Source of the DNA: Cellulosilyticaceae bacterium
GTDB lineage: Bacteria; Bacillota; Clostridia; Lachnospirales; Cellulosilyticaceae
Length of the DNA: 64,000 nt
NCBI GenBank assembly: GCA_036655715.1
Contig: JAVVPO010000004.1
Coordinates: forward strand, 2,660-66,659
Direction: 5' to 3'
How positions within the stretch are numbered: position 1 is the first letter of the stretch; each line of letters begins with the position of its first letter. The notes beneath the pieces were generated by a model. It was not told the origin of the DNA, searched no databases, and saw nothing but the letters and a program-made list of their open reading frames with translations. Made by a program: the position numbers and the translations under genes. Shown here piece after piece: positions 39,260-48,121 of this stretch.

Positions 39260-41266
39260 CTATTTATAAATATCTGCAAATTCTATATTCCAGACCTCAG
39301 CTCTATTATCTATCTTATATTCACTTTCTTTCTCATACTCTTCGTCTAACACCTTGACGAGTGGCAAGCTAACAATGAACTCTGTACCACAGCCTATCAT
39401 ACTCTCTACTGTAATCCCTCCCTTATGTAGTTGCACGAGGGATTTTACAAGTGAAAGCCCTATACCACTACCTTCTCTTTTTCTAGTTAGTCCCTCTTCA
39501 CACTGCACAAATCGGTCAAATATACTTTCTAATTTACTTTTATGAATACCTTCCCCATTGTCTTTTACACTAATAGACATATAGGTCTTTTCATAACTTA
39601 GTTTAATCTCTATCTGCCCCCCTACCTCTGTATACTTAATGGCATTAGATATAAGGTTAAGCATAATCCTCTCTATTTTATCTGGATCACAACTAATCAC
39701 CAGCTCATCTACTACCGTTTCAAAACTTAAATGTATGCCTTTAGTCTCTATATACTCTGCTACAGAATGCACAATATCTCTCACAATCTGAACAATATTA
39801 TAATTCCCTAAGTTTAATTTGTACGCACCAGCTTCTATACTATTGGTATCTACTAGGTTATTAATTAGGCGAATAAGCCTATAGGCATTCTGCCTAATTA
39901 GTTCTATATATCTGGTTAAATTTATCTGCTCACTTTTACTCATTTGTTTGCTATTTAACATATCTTGCAACAACTCTATTGTGTATAAAATAGTATTCAC
40001 TGGTGTTTTAAATTCATTGGACATACAAGCTAAGAATTCTCCTTTAATATATTCCAAATCCATCTCTACCTGTAATCTTAAGTATTCCTCTTCTTTTTTC
40101 TTATGCTTTGTAATGTCTTCTCCTACTATTACAATCATATTATCTTCTTCTTTGTAAGTAATTACCCATTCAATAAACTTGTAAGTACCATCCTTACAAG
40201 GGCAATGATGCTCTACTTTAACAACTTCTTCCTGCTTACTGTTTCTAGCCTTTTCTATATACATTTCTAATTTATACTCATTCTTTATATAGGTACAAAC
40301 CTCTTCATAATCCCATCCTAATATCTCATATACCTTATCCCCTATTATTTTTACATTTCTGCATCCATCTAAGGTAATCATCATTTGATAACTTGCTTCA
40401 AAAAATGCTTTAAGTTCTTGCTCCGTTTCTACTCTCTCTTTAATCTTTCGTAATACATGCCTAGATAAGAGGAAATTTTTAATAATCATTCCCATATAAT
40501 GAGCTATATGACTTGTATTAAAATCAGGTACTTTTTTAGGATTATAGACTATAATTGCTCCTATTATTTTCCCATCAAATATAATAGGATAGCGTAAAAT
40601 ATATTTAATTCCCTTCTGTTTTAATAATAATTTATGCTCTTCATGCTCCAATTCCTCCACCATGCGCAGGCTCTTAAGTTCAGCTTTTTTCCCTCTAGGT
40701 TTATAAATATCAGGTTCATGTATAAATGTATTCAATTGATTCTTCTCTTCTTTTGAAAATCCTTTGCTATACCAGATGCTAGCCTTATAGGATTCTTCCT
40801 TGGTAACGACAAGTATGGCATCAGCTTTCACATCTGATAGCAAACCTTCTCCTATGTCATGAAATTTATCTACCATATCTTTATGTTCTTCATTATTAGG
40901 TAGTCTATCTACACTTGGCAATCTATCGGCTATCTTGTTATATACCCGTTCAAACTGTTTGATAATTCTTTTATCAGCTGTAATATCTTGAGCAATTCCT
41001 TTCCTTCCTACTACTTTAGCTCCTTCATAGAGATCTGTTTCATATATTTCAAAGTATATGTCTTCATTAAGATAATCTACCCAACCTATCTCTAAAGCTG
41101 CTCCCCATACCTCCTCTTCTTTTTTTCCTATTATATCTTCTTTATTCTTTCTAACCCTATCTGCATAAATTTGATTAATATAAACTAATCTGCCTTCTTC
41201 ATCTTTAATCCAAGTTAAATAGGTACAAGCATCTAATAAAGTTTCTAGCTGTTTTAAATGGTTCAT
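39260..41266 (-). CDS. Soluble PAS/GAF histidine-kinase-like protein lacking the phospho-acceptor His (H-box reads SNEFKTP)
   Basis: 668 aa with no TM segment. The DHp H-box is FLACMSNEFKTPVN, with AAT (Asn) at 40016-40018 where His is expected. The N-box LISNAIKYT, G1 VKDNGEGI and G2 GSGIGLSLV are intact. Confidence 0.75.
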   Translation of the reverse strand: MNHLKQLETLLDACTYLTWIKDEEGRLVYINQIYADRVRKNKEDIIGKKEEEVWGAALEIGWVDYLNEDIYFEIYETDLYEGAKVVGRKGIAQDITADKRIIKQFERVYNKIADRLPSVDRLPNNEEHKDMVDKFHDIGEGLLSDVKADAILVVTKEESYKASIWYSKGFSKEEKNQLNTFIHEPDIYKPRGKKAELKSLRMVEELEHEEHKLLLKQKGIKYILRYPIIFDGKIIGAIIVYNPKKVPDFNTSHIAHYMGMIIKNFLLSRHVLRKIKERVETEQELKAFFEASYQMMITLDGCRNVKIIGDKVYEILGWDYEEVCTYIKNEYKLEMYIEKARNSKQEEVVKVEHHCPCKDGTYKFIEWVITYKEEDNMIVIVGEDITKHKKKEEEYLRLQVEMDLEYIKGEFLACMSNEFKTPVNTILYTIELLQDMLNSKQMSKSEQINLTRYIELIRQNAYRLIRLINNLVDTNSIEAGAYKLNLGNYNIVQIVRDIVHSVAEYIETKGIHLSFETVVDELVISCDPDKIERIMLNLISNAIKYTEVGGQIEIKLSYEKTYMSISVKDNGEGIHKSKLESIFDRFVQCEEGLTRKREGSGIGLSLVKSLVQLHKGGITVESMIGCGTEFIVSLPLVKVLDEEYEKESEYKIDNRAEVWNIEFADIYK

Positions 41267-41416
41267 GTTTAAGGTCTATTCCCCTCTCGACTTCTTTTAA
41301 AACAATATTACACAATTATTTGTCATTTTACAATATTACATGAGCTTTTATGTAATTATTTTATACCTATAGAATTTTTTATCAACTGTTCTTTCCATCT
41401 ATTCTTTAAACCCTAA

Positions 41417-41464
41417 ATAAAAAGGCACTAAAGATAGATGTCTCTATCTTTAGTGCCTTTTTAT
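41417..41464. terminator. Strong terminator after aspS (bidirectional geometry)
   Basis: 16-bp perfect stem aggcactaaagataga (41423-41438) / tctatctttagtgcct (41443-41458) with a 4-nt loop, flanked by A- and T-runs. Confidence 0.85.
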
Positions 41465-41467
41465 TTA

Positions 41468-43267
41468 TTATTCTTCTATTACTACTTGTGTTTCTACAAT
41501 ATCAAGACCTAATTCTTCTAATTGTTTTGCATCGACTAAGCCTGGTGCTTCTGTCATGAGACAGCTTGCATCCTTTACTTTAGGGAATGCAATAACATCT
41601 CTTATACTATCACAGCCAGTCATAAGCATAATCATACGGTCAAGACCGAATGCAAGACCACCATGTGGAGGTGTACCATATTTGAAAGCATTGAGTAAGA
41701 ATCCAAAACGCTCATAAGCTGTCTCTTCATCAAAGCCAAGAAGCTTAAACATTTTTTCTTGAATCTCTCTTTGGTAGATACGAATACTACCACCACCAAG
41801 TTCACATCCATTCAAGCATAAGTCATAAGCTTTAGCTCTTACTTTACCTGGATCTGTATCCATCAGATGAAGGTCTTCTTCTTTTGGCATTGTGAATGGG
41901 TGGTGCATAGCTACATATCTACCTGCTTCTTCATCAAGTTCAAGAAGTGGGAAGTCTGTTACCCATACAAAGTTAAAATCATCTTTACGAGTAAGTTCTT
42001 GGCGTTTTGCCACTTCAAGGCGAAGCGCACCAAGTGCTGCATAAACTACTGATGGCTTATCCGCTACGATAAGGATAAGGTCATCTCCATTTACAGCCAT
42101 TCTTTCTTTGATTGCAGCAGTTGTTTCTTCACTTAAGAATTTAGTGAATGAAGATTTTTCTTCTCCATCTGGTCTTACTTGAAGCCAAGCTACACCTTTT
42201 GCTCCAAAGTCTTGACCAACTTTTACAAGGCTATCAATTTGCTTACGTCCGATTTCTCCCATACCTTTTGCATTGATTGCACGAATATGTCCACCCGCTG
42301 CAAGAGCATTCTCAAATACAGCAAATCCACATCCATTTACGATATCAGAGATATCTGTAAGTTCCACACCAAATCTTACGTCTGGTTTGTCAGAACCAAA
42401 TCTATCCATAGCATCTTGATAAGTAAGTCTTGGTATTGGAAGTACTACTTCTACATCCATTGTCTCTTTGAATACTCTTTGAATAAGCTTTTCATTCATA
42501 CCGATGACATCATCTTCATCTACAAAACTCATTTCTAAGTCGATTTGAGTAAACTCTGGTTGTCTATCTGCTCTAAGGTCTTCATCACGGAAACATTTTA
42601 CAATTTGGAAGTATCTATCGTATCCGGATACCATAAGTAATTGCTTGAAGATCTGTGGGGATTGTGGTAATGCATAGAAGTTCCCTGGATGGACTCTAGA
42701 TGGCACCAGGTAGTCACGCGCACCTTCTGGTGTAGATTTAGTAAGCATCGGTGTTTCGATCTCTAAGAAGCTATTTTCTTCTAAGAAACGACGTACTGAA
42801 CCTGCTACCTTACTACGAAGCATAAAGTTTCTTTGCATATCTGGTCTTCTAAGGTCAAGATATCTATATTTAAGTCTTAACTCTTCTCTTACATCACTAT
42901 TTTCTACAATTTCAAATGGCGTTGTTTCAGCTTCTCCTAGAATACGAAGCTCTGTCACTTCAATTTCAATATCTCCCGTTTTCATTGTCTTGTTAGCATC
43001 TTCACCACGGGAACGCACTGTACCTACTGCTGCAATAACATACTCACTTCTAAGTGTTTCTGCTTTTTCAAATAAAGAAGCTTGTGTTTGTTCTCCAAAA
43101 GCTAATTGAAGAAGACCTGTTCTATCTCTTAATGTTACAAATAATAATTGACCTAAGTTTCTTCTTCTTTGTACCCATCCCATTACTGTTACTGTTTCAC
43201 CCACGTTTGCATGACTTAACTCTGTACAATAATGTGTTCTTTTTAAACCTTGCATTGATTCTGCCAT
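41468..43267 (-). CDS. aspS: Aspartate--tRNA ligase
   Basis: 599 aa with blocks FYALPQSPQIFKQLLM, ELGGGSIRIY and GTPPHGGLAFGLDRMIM. Confidence 0.95.
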   Translation of the reverse strand: MAESMQGLKRTHYCTELSHANVGETVTVMGWVQRRRNLGQLLFVTLRDRTGLLQLAFGEQTQASLFEKAETLRSEYVIAAVGTVRSRGEDANKTMKTGDIEIEVTELRILGEAETTPFEIVENSDVREELRLKYRYLDLRRPDMQRNFMLRSKVAGSVRRFLEENSFLEIETPMLTKSTPEGARDYLVPSRVHPGNFYALPQSPQIFKQLLMVSGYDRYFQIVKCFRDEDLRADRQPEFTQIDLEMSFVDEDDVIGMNEKLIQRVFKETMDVEVVLPIPRLTYQDAMDRFGSDKPDVRFGVELTDISDIVNGCGFAVFENALAAGGHIRAINAKGMGEIGRKQIDSLVKVGQDFGAKGVAWLQVRPDGEEKSSFTKFLSEETTAAIKERMAVNGDDLILIVADKPSVVYAALGALRLEVAKRQELTRKDDFNFVWVTDFPLLELDEEAGRYVAMHHPFTMPKEEDLHLMDTDPGKVRAKAYDLCLNGCELGGGSIRIYQREIQEKMFKLLGFDEETAYERFGFLLNAFKYGTPPHGGLAFGLDRMIMLMTGCDSIRDVIAFPKVKDASCLMTEAPGLVDAKQLEELGLDIVETQVVIEE

Positions 43268-43314
43268 ATCTATCCCTCCATTATTCGTTTTAATATTTAT
43301 ATGATAAGCTTATT

Positions 43315-44577
43315 TTATAAAATATTAGTTTTCATTACTTCTACTAATTCTTCAAAGCTTACTTCTACAGCTTCACTGTTTACCATGTTCTTAAGGCTTA
43401 GTACTTTATTTTCTAGTTCGCTTTCACCTATAATAGCTGAGAATTTGGCACCCATTTTATTGGCATATTTCATTTGAGCCTTAACACTTCTTTGTAAGTG
43501 GTCACTCTCTGCTGAGATACCCACCTTACGAAGCTGGTGTACAAACTTGTAAGCCTCTACCATGCCCTCTTCCCCTCTATACCCTATAAAGATATCACGA
43601 GCCGCTTCACCTAGGTTACAAGCTCCCTCAGCGTCACGTGTAAGAATCAGCCTTTCAAGACCTGCACCAAACCCTACCGCTGGTGTAGGTTTGCCACCAA
43701 TCTCTTCTACAAGCTTGTTGTAACGACCACCACCACAAACAGTACCTTGTGCACCAATGTCACTTGAGATAAACTCAAATACTGTTTTAGTATAATAATC
43801 AAGTCCACGTACAATACCTGCATCAACTACAAATGGAATTTCCATTGCTGTTAAGATCTCTTGCAGTTTTGCAAAGTTTGCCTGACACTCTTCCCCTAGT
43901 GTACTAAGCACTGTTGGTGCATCAGTTAATACGCTTTGACATTCACTATTTTTACAATCTAGTACGCGAAGTGGATTTTTGTCCATACGCTCATTACAAA
44001 GTGGGCAAAGGTACTCTTTTTTAGAGTGTAAGAAAGTTTTAAGTGTTTCATTATACGCCTTACGACACTCCGGTCCACCAAGAGAGTTAATATGAAGCTC
44101 TACTTTTTTGATACCTAACCGATTAAGGAGTTCATATCCAATACCGATGATTTCTGCATCTGCTGTTGGTGAATCACTTCCAATGAGCTCCACGCCAAAT
44201 TGGTGGAACTGTCTTTGTCTACCCGCTTGCGGTCTTTCGTATCTAAATGTTGGTGAGATATAATATAACTTAATAGGCTGAATACCTGATCCCATATTAT
44301 GTTCTAAGTAAGACCTTACTACAGCCGCTGTACTTTCTGGCTTTAATGTGATGCGATTCTCTCCTTTATCTACAAAAGAGTACATCTCTTTTTGAACGAT
44401 ATCTGTCGTCTCTCCTACACCTCTTTGGAAAAGGTTTGTAAATTCAAAGATAGGCGTTCTAATCTGGTCAAATCCAAAATCATTACAAAGATTTCTAATG
44501 ATTTCTTCCATATCAAGCCACTTTCTCATTTCTTCACCAAAGATATCTTTGGTTCCTTTTAATGCACGAATTTCCAT
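43315..44577 (-). CDS. hisS: Histidine--tRNA ligase
   Basis: It has KGTKDIF near the N-terminus and RYERPQAGRQRQFHQFG. I prefer the ATG at 44577 (SD GGAAGTGA) over the ATG at 44592, which has no SD. Confidence 0.93.
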   Translation of the reverse strand: MEIRALKGTKDIFGEEMRKWLDMEEIIRNLCNDFGFDQIRTPIFEFTNLFQRGVGETTDIVQKEMYSFVDKGENRITLKPESTAAVVRSYLEHNMGSGIQPIKLYYISPTFRYERPQAGRQRQFHQFGVELIGSDSPTADAEIIGIGYELLNRLGIKKVELHINSLGGPECRKAYNETLKTFLHSKKEYLCPLCNERMDKNPLRVLDCKNSECQSVLTDAPTVLSTLGEECQANFAKLQEILTAMEIPFVVDAGIVRGLDYYTKTVFEFISSDIGAQGTVCGGGRYNKLVEEIGGKPTPAVGFGAGLERLILTRDAEGACNLGEAARDIFIGYRGEEGMVEAYKFVHQLRKVGISAESDHLQRSVKAQMKYANKMGAKFSAIIGESELENKVLSLKNMVNSEAVEVSFEELVEVMKTNIL

Positions 44578-44633
44578 AATTCTCACTTCCATTCTTTATC
44601 TTGATATTAAAATGTTTTATATTTTATAAAACA

Positions 44634-44880
44634 TAAAAAAATCCCTGACATAAATGTCAGGGACGATACTTTCGCGTTGCCACCCTGATTCAAAGTTATG
44701 AGTACATAACCTTGCACCTTTATAGCCTATAACCCGAGCTATGGGATACACTCTACTCTATCTGTTCAAGTGCATTCTCCGAGATGTCTTCTAATCTTAG
44801 TGAAGGCTTTCAGCCGATGGCCTTCTCTCTGAGGGGTAAGATTATACTCTTTCTCATCATCAATTTAAAGTATTATAATT
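44634..44880 (-). promoter_or_regulatory. T-box leader (tRNA-sensing riboswitch) of the hisS-aspS operon; the specifier appears to be GAC (Asp)
   Basis: On the minus strand, stem I has AGAGUA, an 8-bp helix uaaucuua/uaagauua, an AGAGA bulge, and a specifier loop GAA-GAC-A (GAC at 44786-44788). The T-box core is AAUCAGGGUGGCAACGCG (44673-44690). The terminator is UCCCUGACAUUUAUGUCAGGGA followed by a U-run (44634-44664). Confidence 0.85.
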
Positions 44881-44886
44881 ATTTGT

Positions 44887-44915
44887 ATTCTATCTATCAT
44901 TTGTCATTTTGTCAA
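44887..44915 (-). promoter_or_regulatory. Sigma-A-type promoter of the T-box/hisS-aspS transcript
   Basis: On the minus strand, TTGACA (44910-44915), 17 nt, then TAGAAT (44887-44892). Confidence 0.6.
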
Positions 44916-45064
44916 GACCTGTTAACCATTATTTACACTTTACCCTGACTTTATTCATACAACTTAACTACTCTACTGTTTCACTCATCAAAAATCCTTA
45001 TTGTGGTCTTTTTAGGTATCTCCTATAATAGAATTATCTGCTTATCAATGAAAGGAACAAATTT

Positions 45065-45568
45065 ATGATTAGACTTGCAACACTTAGCGATATGCCCCGT
45101 ATTTTACAAATCAAAGACCTAGCTATCTCTCATATGTATCACAATCAAATTTTTCAGTGGAATGAAAGTTATCCCTCCGAAGAAATACTCAAACAAGATA
45201 TTGGTTCAAATGAACTTTATGTTATAGAAGATCAAAGATTAGTTGTAGGCTTTGCCTGCATCAACACTAACCAATCTCCAGAATACCAATCCCTTATATG
45301 GACTACTGCTCCCAAAGCTTACGTTGTCCACCGCTTAGCCATCGACCCTACGCGTACAGGTAAAGGCTACGCTACCCAACTAATGAATTTTGCTGAAACC
45401 CATGCCAAATCCCAAAACACCCTTGCCATGCGCATCGATACCTTCTCTCAGAACACCTTCGCCCAGCAACTCTTTCAAAAATTAGGTTACACCTACATTG
45501 GTGAAGTATTCTTTGATAGAAAAGAAGAACCCTTCTATTGCTACGAGAAGCACCTTGGTTCATTTTAA
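45065..45568 (+). CDS. GNAT family N-acetyltransferase
   Basis: 167 aa. It has the acetyl-CoA-binding motif HRLAIDPTRTGKGYATQLMNFAE (R/Q-x-x-G-x-G/A pattern). SD AAAGGAA is present. Confidence 0.85.
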   Translation: MIRLATLSDMPRILQIKDLAISHMYHNQIFQWNESYPSEEILKQDIGSNELYVIEDQRLVVGFACINTNQSPEYQSLIWTTAPKAYVVHRLAIDPTRTGKGYATQLMNFAETHAKSQNTLAMRIDTFSQNTFAQQLFQKLGYTYIGEVFFDRKEEPFYCYEKHLGSF

Positions 45569-45875
45569 AAGGTTCTGTTAGAGACCCTATATATCTCAGC
45601 TAACCTATTTGTATTGTTTTATCTCGTTTGGTACTTTATGAAATGATTAACTACTAGGTTAGGTAAAGGAAGGGATGATGTGGGATGATGCAGTAGGCCG
45701 GATGGTACTGTGGGCGGGCTGCCTCGGACGCACCACCACCCTAGGTTGCACATCACTTGAATTTGTATGGGGAGTGAACCTAGAAAAGAAAGAATAAAAA
45801 TAACCTTAGAATTCTGTTAACAGCTTGCGCAGTTGCTGAAGAATAGCCTCCTTCTTTCCACGAACCTATTGAAAT

Positions 45876-47306
45876 TTACCTATACTTCTCAAATCCTTCT
45901 CTCTTACGCTCAATCATCTCATCAATACGACTGATGTAATCCTCCAAGCTCTTCACATTCGGTACACGGTCTATTCTCTCTCCATTTTGGTAAACCATCT
46001 TCGTAATAGCTCCCGCTCCCATAGCAATAATACTTTCTTTTTCTTCCATAATCTCTATGTTATACACACACTCTGTGCCAGGTCTTGCATATCCTACATT
46101 CTCAAAGTTGCCTAACATATTTTTTTGTCTATACATATAGTACGCCTCAAGTCCCATTTCCTTCATAGCTTCCTCGCAAAGAGTAAGCATATCCTCTATG
46201 TTTTTGACACCTGCTAAATCATATTCATCTTTTGTTTCTTTTAGTTTCGAAGCCTTTTTAATAGCCATTGTATGCACAGTTATATTATCTGGATTTAATT
46301 TTTGTAACTCTTTTAAAGTATGTGCTACATCTTCTGGCTTCTCACCTGGTAGGCCTAAAATGATATCCATATTAATATTATCATGTCCAAGCTCTCTAGC
46401 TATATGGAAAATCTCTTTGATATCTTCTACCGTATGCTTTCTGCCTATCACATCTAAAGCCTCTTGATTCATAGTCTGAGGATTAATAGAAATCCTACCG
46501 ACTCCCATTTCCTTCATAATCTCTAGTTTTTTAGCTGTAATAGTATCGGGTCTACCCGCTTCTAGGGTATACTCTTCAATCTGATCTAGATTAAAGCTAT
46601 TTTTAATATGATCTAGTAATCTATAAAGCTGTTCTTCATTAATACTCGTTGGTGTGCCTCCACCTATATAAAGACTTCTAATAGGCGTATGTCTTTTAGC
46701 TTCTGCAACAAAGCTTATTTCCTTGCAGAGTGCATCTAAATAAGCCTCTACCTGATTGCCTTTACGCTCTAATGAGTACGCTGTAAATGAGCAGTACACA
46801 CACCTTGTTGGACAAAATGGTATCCCTATATAAAGGCTTACTTCATCTTCTTTATTTTTACTAAGAATCTCTTCTTCCTTAGTGGCTACATTCATCATTA
46901 ATTCCACTTTAGGCTTTGAAATATAATAAGTATTTTCTAATTTTTCTCTAATGGCTGTTTCTGTTAAGCCTTGTTTTCTATAATCATGTACAATCTTAGT
47001 CGGCCTAATCCCTGTCAAGACTCCCCATGGCATTTCTTTACCCGTTAGCTCTACAAATGTTTTATAAAGCGCCGCTTTAAGGCCCATCTTTATTTCTCTT
47101 TTTTGAATATGTTCATCCTCTACTTGCTTAACTGCATAGCACTTTTCTAAGATTATTTCTTCATTCTCTATTAATTTAGCCCATGCCTGATCTGCTTCAT
47201 AAATACTTTCCACCTTATAGTCTTTGTCTATATAAGGCTCAAATAAATGAATAAGATTTGTTAGTTCATAGTCTGTGTCATGTCCAATACATTTTAATTC
47301 TATCAT
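45876..47306 (-). CDS. hemZ: HemZ-like radical SAM protein (oxygen-independent coproporphyrinogen III oxidase family)
   Basis: 476 aa with the radical SAM cluster motif CPTRCVYCSF and a HemN-like core. The N-terminal extension MIELKCIGHDTDYEL is typical of HemZ-annotated proteins. Confidence 0.75.
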   Translation of the reverse strand: MIELKCIGHDTDYELTNLIHLFEPYIDKDYKVESIYEADQAWAKLIENEEIILEKCYAVKQVEDEHIQKREIKMGLKAALYKTFVELTGKEMPWGVLTGIRPTKIVHDYRKQGLTETAIREKLENTYYISKPKVELMMNVATKEEEILSKNKEDEVSLYIGIPFCPTRCVYCSFTAYSLERKGNQVEAYLDALCKEISFVAEAKRHTPIRSLYIGGGTPTSINEEQLYRLLDHIKNSFNLDQIEEYTLEAGRPDTITAKKLEIMKEMGVGRISINPQTMNQEALDVIGRKHTVEDIKEIFHIARELGHDNINMDIILGLPGEKPEDVAHTLKELQKLNPDNITVHTMAIKKASKLKETKDEYDLAGVKNIEDMLTLCEEAMKEMGLEAYYMYRQKNMLGNFENVGYARPGTECVYNIEIMEEKESIIAMGAGAITKMVYQNGERIDRVPNVKSLEDYISRIDEMIERKREGFEKYR

Positions 47307-47323
47307 TTTATCACTTCCATCTA

Positions 47324-47965
47324 TTAATCATATATGTGGAAAAATGGATTAGTATTTTTCTCACGTTTTACTGTTGTTGATTCGCCATGTCCTGAGTAAA
47401 TCACTGTTTCTTCTGGTAATGTAAAGATATTCTTTTTAATTGAAACAAGTAGGGTAGTCATATCTCCACCTGGATTATCTGTTCTTCCTATAGAACCATT
47501 AAAAATAATATCTCCTACAAAAGCTACTTTTTCCTTATCACTATAATACGCTACGCCATCTGATGTATGTCCTGGAGCAAAGACTACTTTAAGACTAATA
47601 TCAGTGCCTGCTATTTCTACCATGTCTCCATGTTCTACATATCTATCTGCTTCAAAGACAACATCTTCTCTAGCAAATACACTTGATAAGTTGTAATCAG
47701 GATTACTAATATAAGCTTTGCCACATTCATGAATAATAACAGGACATCCTAGCTCTTCTCTGATCTGTGTCACTGCTCCAATATGATCAAAATGACCATG
47801 AGTTAAAAGAATTCCTTCTACACTTAGTCCATCTGCTGTTATTTTTTCTAATATGCGATGAGGTTCTGCACCTGGATCTACTATAAAAGCTTTGGCTGAC
47901 TCTTCATCTATAATAAAATACGTATGCTCTTGTAACATACCTACTGTCATTCTTTCTATTTTCAT
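47324..47965 (-). CDS. MBL-fold metallo-hydrolase (glyoxalase II-like)
   Basis: It has LLTHGHFDHIG plus downstream His/Asp ligands. I prefer the ATG at 47965 (SD GAGGTG) over the ATG at 47995. Confidence 0.85.
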   Translation of the reverse strand: MKIERMTVGMLQEHTYFIIDEESAKAFIVDPGAEPHRILEKITADGLSVEGILLTHGHFDHIGAVTQIREELGCPVIIHECGKAYISNPDYNLSSVFAREDVVFEADRYVEHGDMVEIAGTDISLKVVFAPGHTSDGVAYYSDKEKVAFVGDIIFNGSIGRTDNPGGDMTTLLVSIKKNIFTLPEETVIYSGHGESTTVKREKNTNPFFHIYD

Positions 47966-48068
47966 ATGCCACCTCGATATTATTTTTATATTCATCGAAA
48001 AAACTAACTAGTTACTCCTAGCTTTATTCTTTACAATTTTAACATTATCCTAGCTAACTTGCTAGTAG

Positions 48069-48100
48069 CAAAAAGCAGCCCATTTTCCTCTAGGCTGCTT
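48069..48100 (-). terminator. Terminator after the AI-2E transporter gene
   Basis: On the minus strand AGCAGCC-tagaggaaaatg-GGCTGCT followed by TTTT. Confidence 0.7.
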
Positions 48101-48121
48101 ACTTATCCATTTACTATCTCA

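Noticed and set aside
42179-42538. Assorted 60-120-aa ORFs antisense to long genes (for example 42179-42538, 24149-24367, 29189-29509, 53049-53306, 58942-59220)
   Set aside because: They are all embedded antisense within confidently identified genes. They have low-complexity, Ile/Phe/Ser/Leu-rich translations typical of AT-rich antisense frames, and none has an SD.
45729-45741. T-box-like core on the minus strand of the GC-rich island (GGGTGGTGGTGCG)
   Set aside because: It deviates from the GGGTGG-N-ACCGCG core at the positions that form the antiterminator. It has no stem I or specifier structure upstream and no downstream gene in that orientation.
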